Of a stretch of 64,000 bases of DNA, positions 53,542 through 64,000 are shown one piece after another; within the stretch, counting starts at the first letter, position 1, and each line of letters opens with the position of its first letter. The translations under genes were made by a program, and so were the position numbers. This DNA is from Lama guanicoe (Eukaryota), in assembly GCA_013239625.1 (NCBI GenBank), contig MU053482.1:3371922-3435921 (forward strand). Reading direction: 5' to 3'. Under the pieces are notes generated by a model that worked only from the letters and a program-made list of their open reading frames with translations, had not been told where the DNA came from and did not search any database.

Positions 53542-54675
53542 GGGGCGCTGTAATATGAATAGTGCAAGCAAGAACAAACTCAGAAAAATAGCAGAGCTGA
53601 CCATTTCCTACTACTCATATAAGATCCATTATGATGCTGTCTCTGACATGGAAGTTCATAAAAAAAGTTCAAATTTATAAAAAAGATTAATCAAAATATG
53701 GATTTACATCACTATAGCTAACAACAAACCTAAAGGTATTGAGGTATTAACTAATAATAATATAAATATGCCATCATGATCAGCAAGACATAAATTCTGT
53801 ACACCAGAGCATGAAGACAAATTGCTACCATTTTTCCAAGTCATGCAATACTTAGTTGTATATTTTTGTGAATTATTATTAAATGTGATCAACATATCTA
53901 GAAATCTCTTTTGAGTAAAATCTCTTTTACTGAATAGTAGAAGGCAAAATTTCAGGCTCTCTGATTGGAAAAAAACCTGCTGTTCTATTTGCCATGCTTA
54001 AGGTGACTGAATTGGTACAGAGAGAAGATGGTGACACATAAAAATACATTCAGTTGAAATAGACACAGAGAACATTTTCAAAGATTTAGAAAAAAAGGTT
54101 TAGGACACATATTGTGTTATGGAGGCTGGCTATATGATTGGATGCAAGTTGCTAACATGTTTCACCTTAAGCTTTTGCCATACTTTTCAATAACGGCATT
54201 CACAAAGAAATACTTTGTGATCTACTAAAGAAAAGATGTGTTTATAATGTGAATGATATATTTAAGATAACATGCTGTGTCTCTTTTGTGTAAGAGTAAT
54301 CACCAATGGAGTGGCTGTCCAGACTGAAATACAAAGTTGTGGGCTGAGGGTAGGGAGGGACTCCATTTGAAACTCATCAGTTGCATCATTTACAAATTAC
54401 AACAACAGAGAAACTGAGGTGAGAAGAGCACAAAATATTACAGGATGTGAATAATATGGTTAATTTACAAAAAAACCTTAAATACAGTAGAATCTTTATA
54501 ATACTTTGTAATGAGACTATGAAAATCTTTTATATTACTCAAAGGTTTACTGTTTATCTCAAGGCAAAGAACTTAAAAGTTGTGGAATTTAAAGATGGGT
54601 TTCTTTAACAAAAGGACAAGTATTCCAAATTTGCTGACCTCTGATGTGCTGGCTTGTGACTGTTAACAAGTGTAT

Positions 54676-54703
54676 GCGTGCGCGCGCGCACACACACACA
54701 CAC
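54676..54703. repeat. (CG)n(CA)n alternating purine-pyrimidine tract
   Basis: GCGTGCGCGCGCGCACACACACACACAC. Confidence 0.85.
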
Positions 54704-54994
54704 AAAATCTATCTCTTCAGGTAATGGTGATATTTTAGCAACAAATATAACTGCGCTTTAAAAGAATCATGTTATGGGGAAAGCACCTTGAAAATTGATG
54801 TTTGGAACTGTTTCCATCATTATGCAATTTTAATGCCAAAATGAAGTGTCATTGTCAGCTATATAGACTGTCATTACCACAGTCTTCCAAATTAAGTACA
54901 CGTTTAAACTCTGTTTACATTCTTCCAAATGAAGAGTTTCTGGAATCTTGAAAATCCCATGGTTAAAAATATTTGCAAGAACAACTGATGAAAA

Positions 54995-55514
54995 TGAAAC
55001 AACTCGTAAAGCATTGACCAGCTTAAACTGGTTTTGCTTCCTTAAACAGGCTGTTGAAACAGCACCAGCTTAAACTGGTTTTGCCTCCTTAAATAGGTTG
55101 ATTAATCACACCTTGAATGATTTTACAGACAGCGTCGTGCATGTGCAAGATGGGAACCCACGGCTGTGGGATTACCCCGAACCAAGGATCTTCAGTGTAT
55201 GGAACTCAAAGAATTGGAACGTTGCCACTGGAGCCCTTTACAGAGTGAAGGGAGAAGTCCTTCAACAAGGAAAATCTGGCCTCCAGTAGCACGAATAACT
55301 TATATGAACTGATGCAAGGCTAGCCAGTCAGCTTCCAAATTTGAAATTCCCCCAGTGCCTTAAATTTTGCCCCAATCCTGGACTCTGGAGACAGATTTGA
55401 GAGTTTTGCCTTCTATCTCCTTGCTGGTCAACCCTGCTATTAAGCTCTTTCTTTTCTCCGAACTAGTGCCATAGTTTTTTGGCCTCTGTGTTCATCAGGC
55501 CTTGCTTGATAACA
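54995..55514 (+). mobile_element. ERV1-type solo LTR
   Basis: TG..CA termini, 4-bp TSD AAAA (54991-54994, 55515-55518), GGAGACAGATTTGAG motif and an internal 34-bp duplication. Confidence 0.7.
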
Positions 55515-56230
55515 AAAACATCATTGGGAACATGGGTTTCACGGACAAAGAAGAGTTTTCTGGGGGAATTTCACATTTGCAGAATTAGTTGATGTGATTT
55601 AAACAGTGAGAATTGTGATTTAATAGGTGTAATCAAAGGTAGAATTCTTCTATTTGGGTCCATTTATCTTTGTCAGTTTTTGTTTTGTTTTGTTTTTTTG
55701 CAATAATATCCACTAGGACTAAGTATTGACACTAACTGAACTTAAAAGCATACTTTCAAGTCTCATAAAATATTAATCTAAGATTTATTCACCATTTTTA
55801 ATCATGTTGCTCTCACTAAACAGATTTTTGTTAATAACTTTAAAGTGAAGGGGAAAAAGTATAATGTACTATTCAATAAATATGAAGTAATTTAAAATTG
55901 TTTCATCTTTACCAAATCCTTTAATCATTGGTAGTATGCTTTATATTATATACTTTGCTTTGTATGCTTTATACCATACACAGTTGCATGTGCATGTCAT
56001 TTATAAATAAGTTTGTGAATATCTGGCTAGAAGGTAGAAGGAATAAAATGCAGCATTTAAATGAGACAACATGAAAGCGGTTGGTTGGCATGATCAGGGC
56101 GCTAATGAATAATTTCATTTCTCCCTTGGTGACTAAGTTGGTATGACATGAAAGGGAAAAGAGTTAAGGATGGCTCCCAGGTGTGGCCCGGAGGAGTGGG
56201 TGGTAGTGCTATGACTCAGCTGACTGGAAA

Positions 56231-56845
56231 TGTTAATTGAACCAATTTTGGGTCCACCAGTCAAACTACTGACAATGGGTTGAGGAAAGTGCAGCGTTCA
56301 TTGCAAGGCCAAGCAAGGAGTAACAGCAGCTAATGCTCAAAAGATTCGACCTCTCAGATGGATTTCAGGGAGTTTTTAAAGACAGGGTGAGGTTGAGGGT
56401 CACCAGGTGCCTGATCAGCTTGTAGAAATTCTTTTGATTGGTTGCTGGTGAGGTAATTGGGAGTCAACATCCTCAAGCTTCTGGTTCCATCCGGTCTGGG
56501 GTCTACATGCTTGTTGATCAGCATGCAGTTAACTTCTTCCACCTGGTGGGGGTTTCACTATCTGCAAAGCAGCTCAAGGCTATGGCTTCGATTATTACCT
56601 GCAGCCCTAGAGAAGAAAAGAAAAGTTCGTGACTTTGTTTTTTAGCTAAACTATTATTGTTTTGCTCGACTGTCTTCTTTTGTTTCTGCATTTTTTCACT
56701 TCCCTGATTAAATTTGCTCTTTGGAACTGGGGGAAGGCCTAAGAGGCTAAAGTTTCTTTTACAAACAAGAAGCAGGTGGAGGACATGGGGGCGGGGGCGG
56801 TGAGGTCTGTCCTAGGAAGGCCCCACAGGGTCCTGCTGGGTTACA
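56231..56845 (-). mobile_element. ERV1 solo LTR, MER41-like, inserted in L2
   Basis: TGTTA..TTACA termini, TSD GAAA (56227-56230, 56846-56849); TGATTGGTTGCTGGTGAGGTAA and GGTCTGGGGTCTAC motifs. Confidence 0.8.
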
Positions 56846-57429
56846 GAAACATGGGAGCGGGTTCTGGTGCATTCCACGTTCTGGGAGGAAATCAGGAGTT
56901 TGAGTTTGCACACGTTTCCTCCAGCCTAGGAACCTCTAGTGTAGATGTATCCAGGAAGTTGGATGAATACACCATCTGCAGCTCTGGAGCATTCTGGGCT
57001 GGAGAGGAGGTTCAAGATCACTAGGAGGCAGGAGGCTTTTTAAAACCATGGGAGCGGGTGAGATCCCTAGTGTGGGCCGGCAGAATGAAACAGGAGGCAG
57101 GCAGTCGTGGGACCCTGGGGAATAACACCACGATGAAAAGCCAAGCCCGGGAGGCTGAGAAGCTGCAGTCATTAAGGTATGTGGACAATTTGGAGAGAGG
57201 GGGGCGGTGGGCGCCAACTCTAGAAACTGTATTCCGAGGGGTTCAGGAAGGAAGGTGTGGTTAGCAGGTTCAAATGCGGAGGAGAGGCGAGAAAGGGAGG
57301 TTACAGGGCACCCATAGGCTTTCACAACGAGAAGGTCAGTCCGGACTTGGAGGGGCGGGTGGACAAACCAGAGCTGAGGGTTGGTGGAGAGAGAGAGAAT
57401 TGGGAGGGGCAGGAAGGTGATCCAAGGGC

Positions 57430-58400
57430 CCAGGCGCGCGGGAGAAAACCAGCGTTTGCGGGTCTGTTCAGCTACTGGGGGTAAGTCACCTGTCTGGGGG
57501 CTGTGACCCCAGAACCTCCCCCTGGGACAAGTCCTGGCGGGGGAGGAGGTTCGGAAAGGTCCGAACACCGTGGGGAGCGCTCTCGGGCCCGGCGGATACC
57601 CGCGGAGACGAGGTCCGAGGAGCCCGGCTGGATCTGACCCCCCGCTGCGGCGGGCGCGCTTCCGGCCGAGGGACCCGGCGGTCGCCGCGCCCCTGACGTT
57701 CCCAAGTTTCCTGTAGGCGGCGCGGCCCGGCGGGGCGCTTCAGGTAGCGGCGGGCCAGCGCGGGGGGCGGGCGGCAGCCCGGCCTGCGGCCCCCTGCCGC
57801 CGGCTCCTCGCCTCTCCTCGGCTCCGCGCCCAGGTAGGGCACCGGCTGGGGCGGCGCGCGGCTCCTGGGCTTCTCCCTTGCGGAGGCGGCTCTCCTTCTC
57901 CCGCCGGGCGGTTCCGGGTGCTCCGGGGCCGGGGCGCCGCACCACCGCGCCCTGGGAAGCGCCGGCCCCCGCCCTTACCGCGGAGGCTCCCGCCCAGTGC
58001 CTCCCGGGGGCGAGGCCTGGCCCGGGCCAGCGCGGGCCGGCGGGGCAGTGCGGGGCAGTGCTGGGCAGTCCCGCCGCGGTGCTTGCTGTGCGTCCGGGAA
58101 GGCGCCGCCACCTGCGCTCCAGCCTGCGGGCCGCCCACTTCGGCCCACCGCATGGCCCTATCCTCTGACCCCGGTGAGTGCGCGTGATGCTGCGCTGCCG
58201 ACCTTGGGCCCACGCCCCGCGGCCCAGGGCGGGAGTCGGAGCGCCCTGGGGTTGGAACCTCAGCCCTGGGCTTCCTCGCCCGCTAAGGCAGCAGCGCCAA
58301 TCCTGGGCTTATCCCCTGCCTGGGACCTGGCCTGTGCGCCTGTCTCAGTCCCTGAGGTGGCCGGGGCTCGAGAGGCCTCAAGTGGGCCCGCTGCATCTCA
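57430..58400 (+). promoter_or_regulatory. AMPD3: CpG-island promoter of AMPD3
   Basis: Very high GC and CpG density with several GC boxes; contains exon 1a. Confidence 0.9.
58152..58173 (+). CDS. AMPD3: AMPD3 alternative first exon 1a, coding part (MALSSDP + first base of next codon)
   Basis: ATG GCC CTA TCC TCT GAC CCC G followed by donor GTGAGT (58174-58179) inside a CpG island. Matches the human isoform 1A N-terminus MALSSEP-AEMPRQF with one E>D change; phase-1 junction. Confidence 0.92.
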
Positions 58401-59819
58401 GCTCCCTGGCCACCTACATAGGATTCGAAAGGTTTAGAGAAATTAGGACACTGGACTTGCCACCACTTAAGCCGGGAGAAGTTTCTAGGTGCTTGAGGAC
58501 TGGCTGGATGCCAATGGCCGAGGTGGGCTTCCATCTGGAGGCAGGGGTATGGACAGGCTGGCAGGTGATGGGGTCATTGGAGGCCTTCATCCTTACCTCT
58601 TTGGCTCTCTCTGGCGAGGGAGGCAGGTGTACTGCTTCTGGCAGCGTGCTTTCTGCCCTTGAACTTCCTGGTAGCTGCTTTGCCAGTGGAGCTGCTAATG
58701 GCTAGACTTGGCTGGCAGAGGCCTCTGGGGTGAGTTTTGAGAGGCCCTGGAGTAGGAGAGGCTTGCTAACTAGAGTGTCATTCCCCCTAACTGTTGGGTC
58801 CTTGCATGTGGCTGGAAGCTGGGTGATGACAAATGAGCAAAGGAGCTGGGTGAAGCAAGCTGGAAGCACTAGGAGGAATTTCAGCATGGTCCTGAGCCTT
58901 TGTTGGCTATCCTCCTGGACGTGGTGACCAACATTTGGCCATATTTAGGGAAAAGCTGGCTGCAGCTGAAACCCTCGTAGGAGACATTCCTCCCGACTGT
59001 AAAGTGTCAAAGCTGAGTGGTAGTCAAGCCATAGAGCCAGACCCTCTGTCAGCTCTCACTTTCCAGAGTGTTGACAGCAGGTTTGGGGTAGTTTTCCTGG
59101 CCTGGCTGCAAACTTGGATGTCAACTCTGAGGGGCTGGCTTGCTCAGAAGATGCCAGCATGGGGCTGCCCAAGAATTGTGGGGCTTGCATGGATGGGTTG
59201 CTGGGAGACTCTTGTACCTCTGAGCCACACCCTCCATCCTTTGGCGATCCTGGATGAGGAGTGAGTGGTTCTCAGATCAAGAAGCTCTTAGAGATATGAG
59301 GCCTGTTTTTCTTGTCCTTACACTAGATGAGTGACTCTTCAAGTGGGCTTTGAAATCAATCCCAGATATTGAAAATATCACGGCAGATAAAATGTAGTTT
59401 TAGGGTTAAGCAGGGAGAGTACCTTTTCTCCGTAAAAGTTACTCTCATTGGCCTTCTTGTTTCTTCCTCCCAAATATTAATCTCATATCTTTTGTGTGCT
59501 GGCTGCATATCTAGGACAAGAGACCATGGCTTTAGGCTCTGATCTATGAGGGGTTAGGGCCCAAGAGGATGGGCTCATGGCTGGAGTGCTGGCCATGCAA
59601 AGTCAGCCTTCACTCCTAGAGGAGAAGGCTATTTTTCCTGATCTGGTTTTACGTTTGAATATGGTTTCCTTCTTGCACCCAAATAGGAGTTGATTGTGCC
59701 TAGCACATAACAGTGCTCAATAAATAATGTTGAATAAAAGGATTTGGCGTCTAGATGAAACATCAGATTCATTTTCCCAGCTGGACTTCCTCGTACCCAA
59801 TATCAGGATGCCAATGATG

Positions 59820-60080
59820 GCAATAATGTTGAGAGATAAAACTTACAAAGTACGTGTTATTGCCAGGTACTATTCTAAGCACTTTATGTATGCTAACTAA
59901 TGTAATTGTCGTGGCAATCTATGAGGTCAGTAGTGTTACCATCCCTATTTTATAGGGAATAAGACTGAGCCAGAGAAATTAGTAACTTGCCCAAGGTCAT
60001 GCAATTTAGTGGTGGAACAGGATTCAAACCTGGGTAACGTGCCTTGAGTCCATATTCTTAACTACACACTGTACTGACTC
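59820..60080 (-). mobile_element. MIR SINE in the AMPD3 first-intron region
   Basis: TGCCAGGTACTATTCTAAGCACTTTA..AGTAACTTGCCCAAGGTCA..GGATTCAAACC. Confidence 0.85.
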
Positions 60081-60497
60081 TTGACATCGGCAGAGGTAGA
60101 TTCATCACTTAGCTCATTCACTCATTCATTATTCTATGTGTTCATTCAACTGATATTTCTTGATGCCTATGATATTCCAGGCTTGGGGACATAATAGTGA
60201 ATGAGATGGACAAGGTCTGTCATGGAGCTGGTATTTAGCAGGCAAAGCCCCTTTGCCCAACCCCTCTGTGAGTCATGCATGCCTCAGAAACGAGAAGGAA
60301 AATGCGTCCCTATAGGCAAGCCCACAGCATCCTTTTAGGGAAGGGAGAGTGGTATCTTTGAATGAGCCATAGTTTAATTCCGGCCTTTCCCATTTTGGGG
60401 GATTTTTAAGGGACACTTAAGTGATGCAGGGAGTGAATGCAGTCTGGCCTCCTGGGCAGGACATGCAGGCCTGTGCTTGGTTATCATAGATGGTCTT

Positions 60498-61522
60498 TTT
60501 TAAAAAAGTTTTTAAAATTGAGATCTAGTTGATATGCAATACTACGTAAGTTTCAAGTGTACAACATAGTGATTCACATTTTTCAAGTTATACTCCATTT
60601 ATAGTCATTCTAAAGTATTGGCTGTATTCCTTGTGTTGTACAATACATCCTGTAGCTTATTTATTTTATATAGAATAGTTTGCTCCTCTTAATCCTCTGA
60701 CCCTGTCTTGTCCCTCCCCACTTCCCTCTCCCCACTGGTAACCACTAGTTTGTTCTCTATTTGTGAGTCTGTTTCTTTTTTGTTGTATTCACTAGTTTGT
60801 TTTCTTTTTTAGAGTCCACGTATAAGTGGTATCATGCAGTATTTGTCTAGCTCTGTCTGACTTATTTCACATAGCATGATACCCTCCAAGTGTGTTGTTG
60901 CAAATGGCAAAATTTCATTCTTTGTTATGGCTGAGTAGTATTCTATCATATATATATATGCCACATTTTCTTTATCCATTCACCTGTTGATGGACATTTA
61001 GGTTGCTTCCATGTCTTGGCTATTGTAAATAGTGCTGCTATGAACATTGGGGTACATGTATCTTTTCAAATTAGTGTTTTCACTTGGATAAATACCCAGG
61101 AGTGGAATTGCTGGGTCATATGGTAGTTCTGTATTTTGTTTTTTGAGAAACCTCCATACCGTTGTCCACAGTGGCCACACCAATTTACATTCTTACCAAC
61201 AGTGTACGAGGGTTCCCTTTTCTCCACATCGTCGCTGACATTTATTATTTGTGATCTTTTTGATAACAGCCATCCTAACAGGTGTGAGATGATATCTCGC
61301 TGTGGTTTTAATTTGCATTTCTCTGGTGATTAATGACATTGAGCATCTATTCATGTGCCTGTTGGCCATCTGTATGTCTTTTTTGAAAAATGTCTATTCA
61401 GGTCTTCTGCCCATTTTTCAATTTTTTTTTTATGTTGAGTTGTATGAGCTGTTTATATGTTTTGGATATTATCCCCTTATCATTTATATCATTAGCAAAT
61501 ATTTTCTCCCATTCAGTAGTAC
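60498..61522 (-). mobile_element. 5'-truncated L1, antisense, between AMPD3 exons 1a and 1b
   Basis: ORF2 C-terminus (ORF 60998-61183); TSD CATAGAT(G/T)GTCTT (60485-60497, 61523-61535). Confidence 0.92.
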
Positions 61523-62779
61523 CATAGATTGTCTTAATATTCCTTCAAAAGGGAAATAAGGCTTTGAGTTTGGGACCAGTGCTTCTCAGTCCAAGGAGAC
61601 TTCTAGGCCATGAGGAGCAGAGGCATGTTAGGCTCCAGGTGAAATTGTTAAGTCTTGAGCAAAGCTTGCCCTCTGGACAGAGCACAGCTTCCTTCTAAAT
61701 TGCTGTTGTTCTGGAGGGTCTTACATCCCTCCAGCAGGACCCTTGGCCATTGTCCCAGCTTGTGTCATTTTAGCAGGGCTGCTGCCCATCTCTGTCTGGA
61801 CCTGATGGAGTAGACCTCACCCTGATGCTGGGCCCCAGGAAGGCAGCTTTCTCTAGGTTGGAAAACGAAGGCTCAGAGTGGAAGACATTTTCCAAAGCCT
61901 ATGACACAGGATACTAATAGGTTTTTTTTCCTATCGTTGCAGTGGTCAGAGTGTCAAATAAGTGTGTTGGGGTAAACAAAGTTAAGTAGCTTTCTTGACT
62001 GGAGGACTTCTTGGGTGTTTAGAAGCTGCTAGTAGGAATTGTGTGTGAATCCCCATAAAGGACTATGGTATATGTCGTGTTGTCCAAACCTTGTGACATT
62101 TCATGTTCTGCAGACTACACTTGGGAAAATGTTTATTTGGACTGAGGCTATCATGGTCTGCTTAGAGGTGCAGAGTAAGATGCCCTGGATGTGTTGGATC
62201 CAGGTTGGTTCTCAGGTGCAGGGGGCAGAATGCTTGCATGCAGCCCCATTGTACCTCCCCTGCCCCCCAAACACAACAGCAGAAGGCATCCTTTGCCCCT
62301 TCTCTCCTCTGGCAGAATAGTACTTAGGGCTCAGATTTTTCCCCCCTCTATTTTAAGGCCATTTAATTATTTAATGAATACATATTGCCCTCCTTTAGGT
62401 TGCTTGTAGCCTGCTGGTCGCACTGTTTGTGAAACAGCTGTGAGGACAGGTGGGTCATAATCTCTGGGTAGCTGAAGCCCAGCAGTGGCCAGAGGATCGT
62501 GTGTCAGCCCTGTAATCCTGCTCTGTACACACAGGAATTATTATGTGGGCTCAGGAAGGCACAACTTCACGATTGGACATGAGGAGGTGACTCAGGCCCA
62601 AGTCAGGGCTAGGTCCAGCCTCCCAGTAAACAACTGCCCATCCTTCCTGAGCGCTTCTCCCCAGGATTTCAACAGCACCACAGAAATAGCCCCGTGGCTC
62701 ACGGTTATTTCCCAGACCCACGCAGTTTGTCTAAGTTCCCGGGAGGCCGCGTGTCTGTTGTGAGCTTTCCCACACAGAA

Positions 62780-63036
62780 CTGCCCTTCTCCTAAAGGGCA
62801 GATGAGAAAAGGAGCTTTGTGCCCTGGGATGCTGTTTTGATCCACCCTAACTGCTTCTGTGGGTCACCTGAGGCAGGGGGAGTGGCAGCTGCTGGCGGCA
62901 GGGTGGCCCCATCCAGCCAGCTCTCGGGAGGCTTCTCAGAGCTGGAGGCCCACGTGGGAGCCGTGACTGGCAGTAAGGAGTGGACGCTGAGGGGTGGGCT
63001 CGGGTGGGTCAGGCGGGAGGCCTGTCTTTCCTGGCT
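62780..63036 (+). other. AMPD3: Probable AMPD3 non-coding first exon 1b (5' boundary uncertain)
   Basis: GC-rich stretch ending at donor GCT|GTGAGT (63037-63042) followed by intronic G-triplets. Lies between 1a and 1c, the order known for human AMPD3. TSS cannot be read from sequence. Confidence 0.6.
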
Positions 63037-63332
63037 GTGAGTGGGTGGGTGGGCATGGAGGTGCTGGCAGGCTGCCCAGCCAGCAGTGATGTGCAGCCCC
63101 TTTCAGGGAAGAGAGGAAGAAGTGGGACAGGGCATGCCAGCTTTCCATCCTAGCCTGCTCCTGCACTGAGATGTCCCCTCCCCCTTTCCAGTTCATGGTC
63201 CTTCCCTCTTTTAGGGGTGGGGGAGGGGCTCGTCTTGGTAACTGGCCCACAACTTCCCCTGCCAGCTCTGGGGTGCCCTCAGGAGGGTTGCTGTATTTTG
63301 GAGGGGGAGCTTTCAAGAGGACCAGGGCAGGC

Positions 63333-63385
63333 TGTGTGTGTGTGTGTGTGTGTGTGTGTGTCTGTCTGTCTGTCTGTGTGTGTGT
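63333..63385. repeat. (TG)n(TCTG)n microsatellite between exons 1b and 1c
   Basis: Seen directly in the sequence. Confidence 0.9.
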
Positions 63386-63916
63386 ATATGTATACAGATC
63401 ATCTTGGTGAGATGAACCTGGTGGCCAGGCCAAACCTGAAGTGCTGTTCAAAACGGAAGCAGCACAGGTGATGGTATCTCAGTGACTCTCAGCTTTCAGG
63501 AGGGGTCTGGACGTTTGAGGGAGGCTGTGGCTTGTCTTCTGTGGTTGGTCAGGAAGGCTGCAGGCACTCTTGCATTGGGCAGCAGTGGCTTAGTCTCCTG
63601 TTCTGGAGAGGGCTGTGAGCTGGGCCACGACGCTGCATTCTGGACACAGCGGCTATGACAACTGGCATTACCTGGGCCCTTTAGAACTCTCCGAAATTTT
63701 CCACTTCCATTTCGTACTCACGGAAGAATTTCCAGCCCAGGCCTCTCCTGCTCTTGCTCAGGGCTGCTCAGATATGCAAAGCAGAGACCTCCCACCCCAG
63801 CAGCAGTGGCAGACGGGACCCAGCTAGCTGCACTTACACTGACTCAGCTCAGCCTCCCCGGCAACACGCAGCCCCGGCCCGAGCACATCGCCTGGGTGGC
63901 CTCCTCCTGACCAGCC

Positions 63917-63941
63917 ATGGCGAGTCCAGCACCAGGCTCAG
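63917..63941 (+). CDS. AMPD3: AMPD3 alternative first exon 1c, coding part (MASPAPGS + first base of next codon)
   Basis: Strong Kozak context cagccATGG; ATG GCG AGT CCA GCA CCA GGC TCA G then GTCTGT (63942). Ends in PGS+G like human isoform 1C (MEPGS-AEMPRQF); same phase as exon 1a. Confidence 0.8.
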
Positions 63942-64000
63942 GTCTGTGTCGTGGGTTCCCACTGTGGGAGTCTGGCAGGAGCAAGAAACAGCTTTATGTG

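Larger units (their letters stand above)
52682..55990 (+). mobile_element. Decayed hAT-Charlie-like transposon hosting nested elements
   Basis: CAGTGGTCTTCAAGGTGGG terminus-like start and long AT-rich transposase-like remnants; no intact ORF; family not resolved. Confidence 0.45.

Noticed and set aside
56850..57059. 13-bp direct repeat CATGGGAGCGGGT about 200 bp apart
   Set aside because: The intervening DNA is continuous L2 with no poly(A) tail, so it is not a TSD pair; likely chance.
56936..58705. Long overlapping ORFs (118-210 aa) on both strands of the AMPD3 CpG island
   Set aside because: Pro/Gly/Ala/Arg-rich products expected where stop codons are scarce in GC-rich DNA; only the MALSSDP exon matches a known protein.
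1..64000. CRISPR array, operon or prokaryotic defence system
   Set aside because: Mammalian DNA with no repeat-spacer array or gene-dense region.

Overview
Mammalian genomic DNA, most likely a camelid, judged from a tRNA-derived SINE and young L1 3' ends that match my recollection of camelid families; I saw no Alu, B1 or Bov-type SINEs. About 57 kb is repeat-rich non-coding sequence (L1, L2, MIR, MaLR/ERVL/ERV1 LTRs, hAT and Tigger DNA transposons). The last ~7 kb is the 5' end of AMPD3 (AMP deaminase 3) on the + strand: a CpG-island promoter with exon 1a (MALSSDP-), a probable non-coding exon 1b, and exon 1c (MASPAPGS-). The shared exon 2 lies beyond the window. By human synteny the upstream part is the ADM-AMPD3 interval (inference). 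Nearly all ORF-track entries are chance ORFs or decayed L1 ORF2 pieces. I found no convincing new biological system. The best leads are a perfect glucocorticoid-type response element, a 7-unit heat-shock-element-like array, an orphan CpG island with a CTCF motif and splice donor, LTRs next to the AMPD3 promoter, a variant exon-1c peptide, and several unusual retrotransposition products. Repeat family names are from memory of consensus sequences; repeat boundaries are approximate unless a TSD is given.
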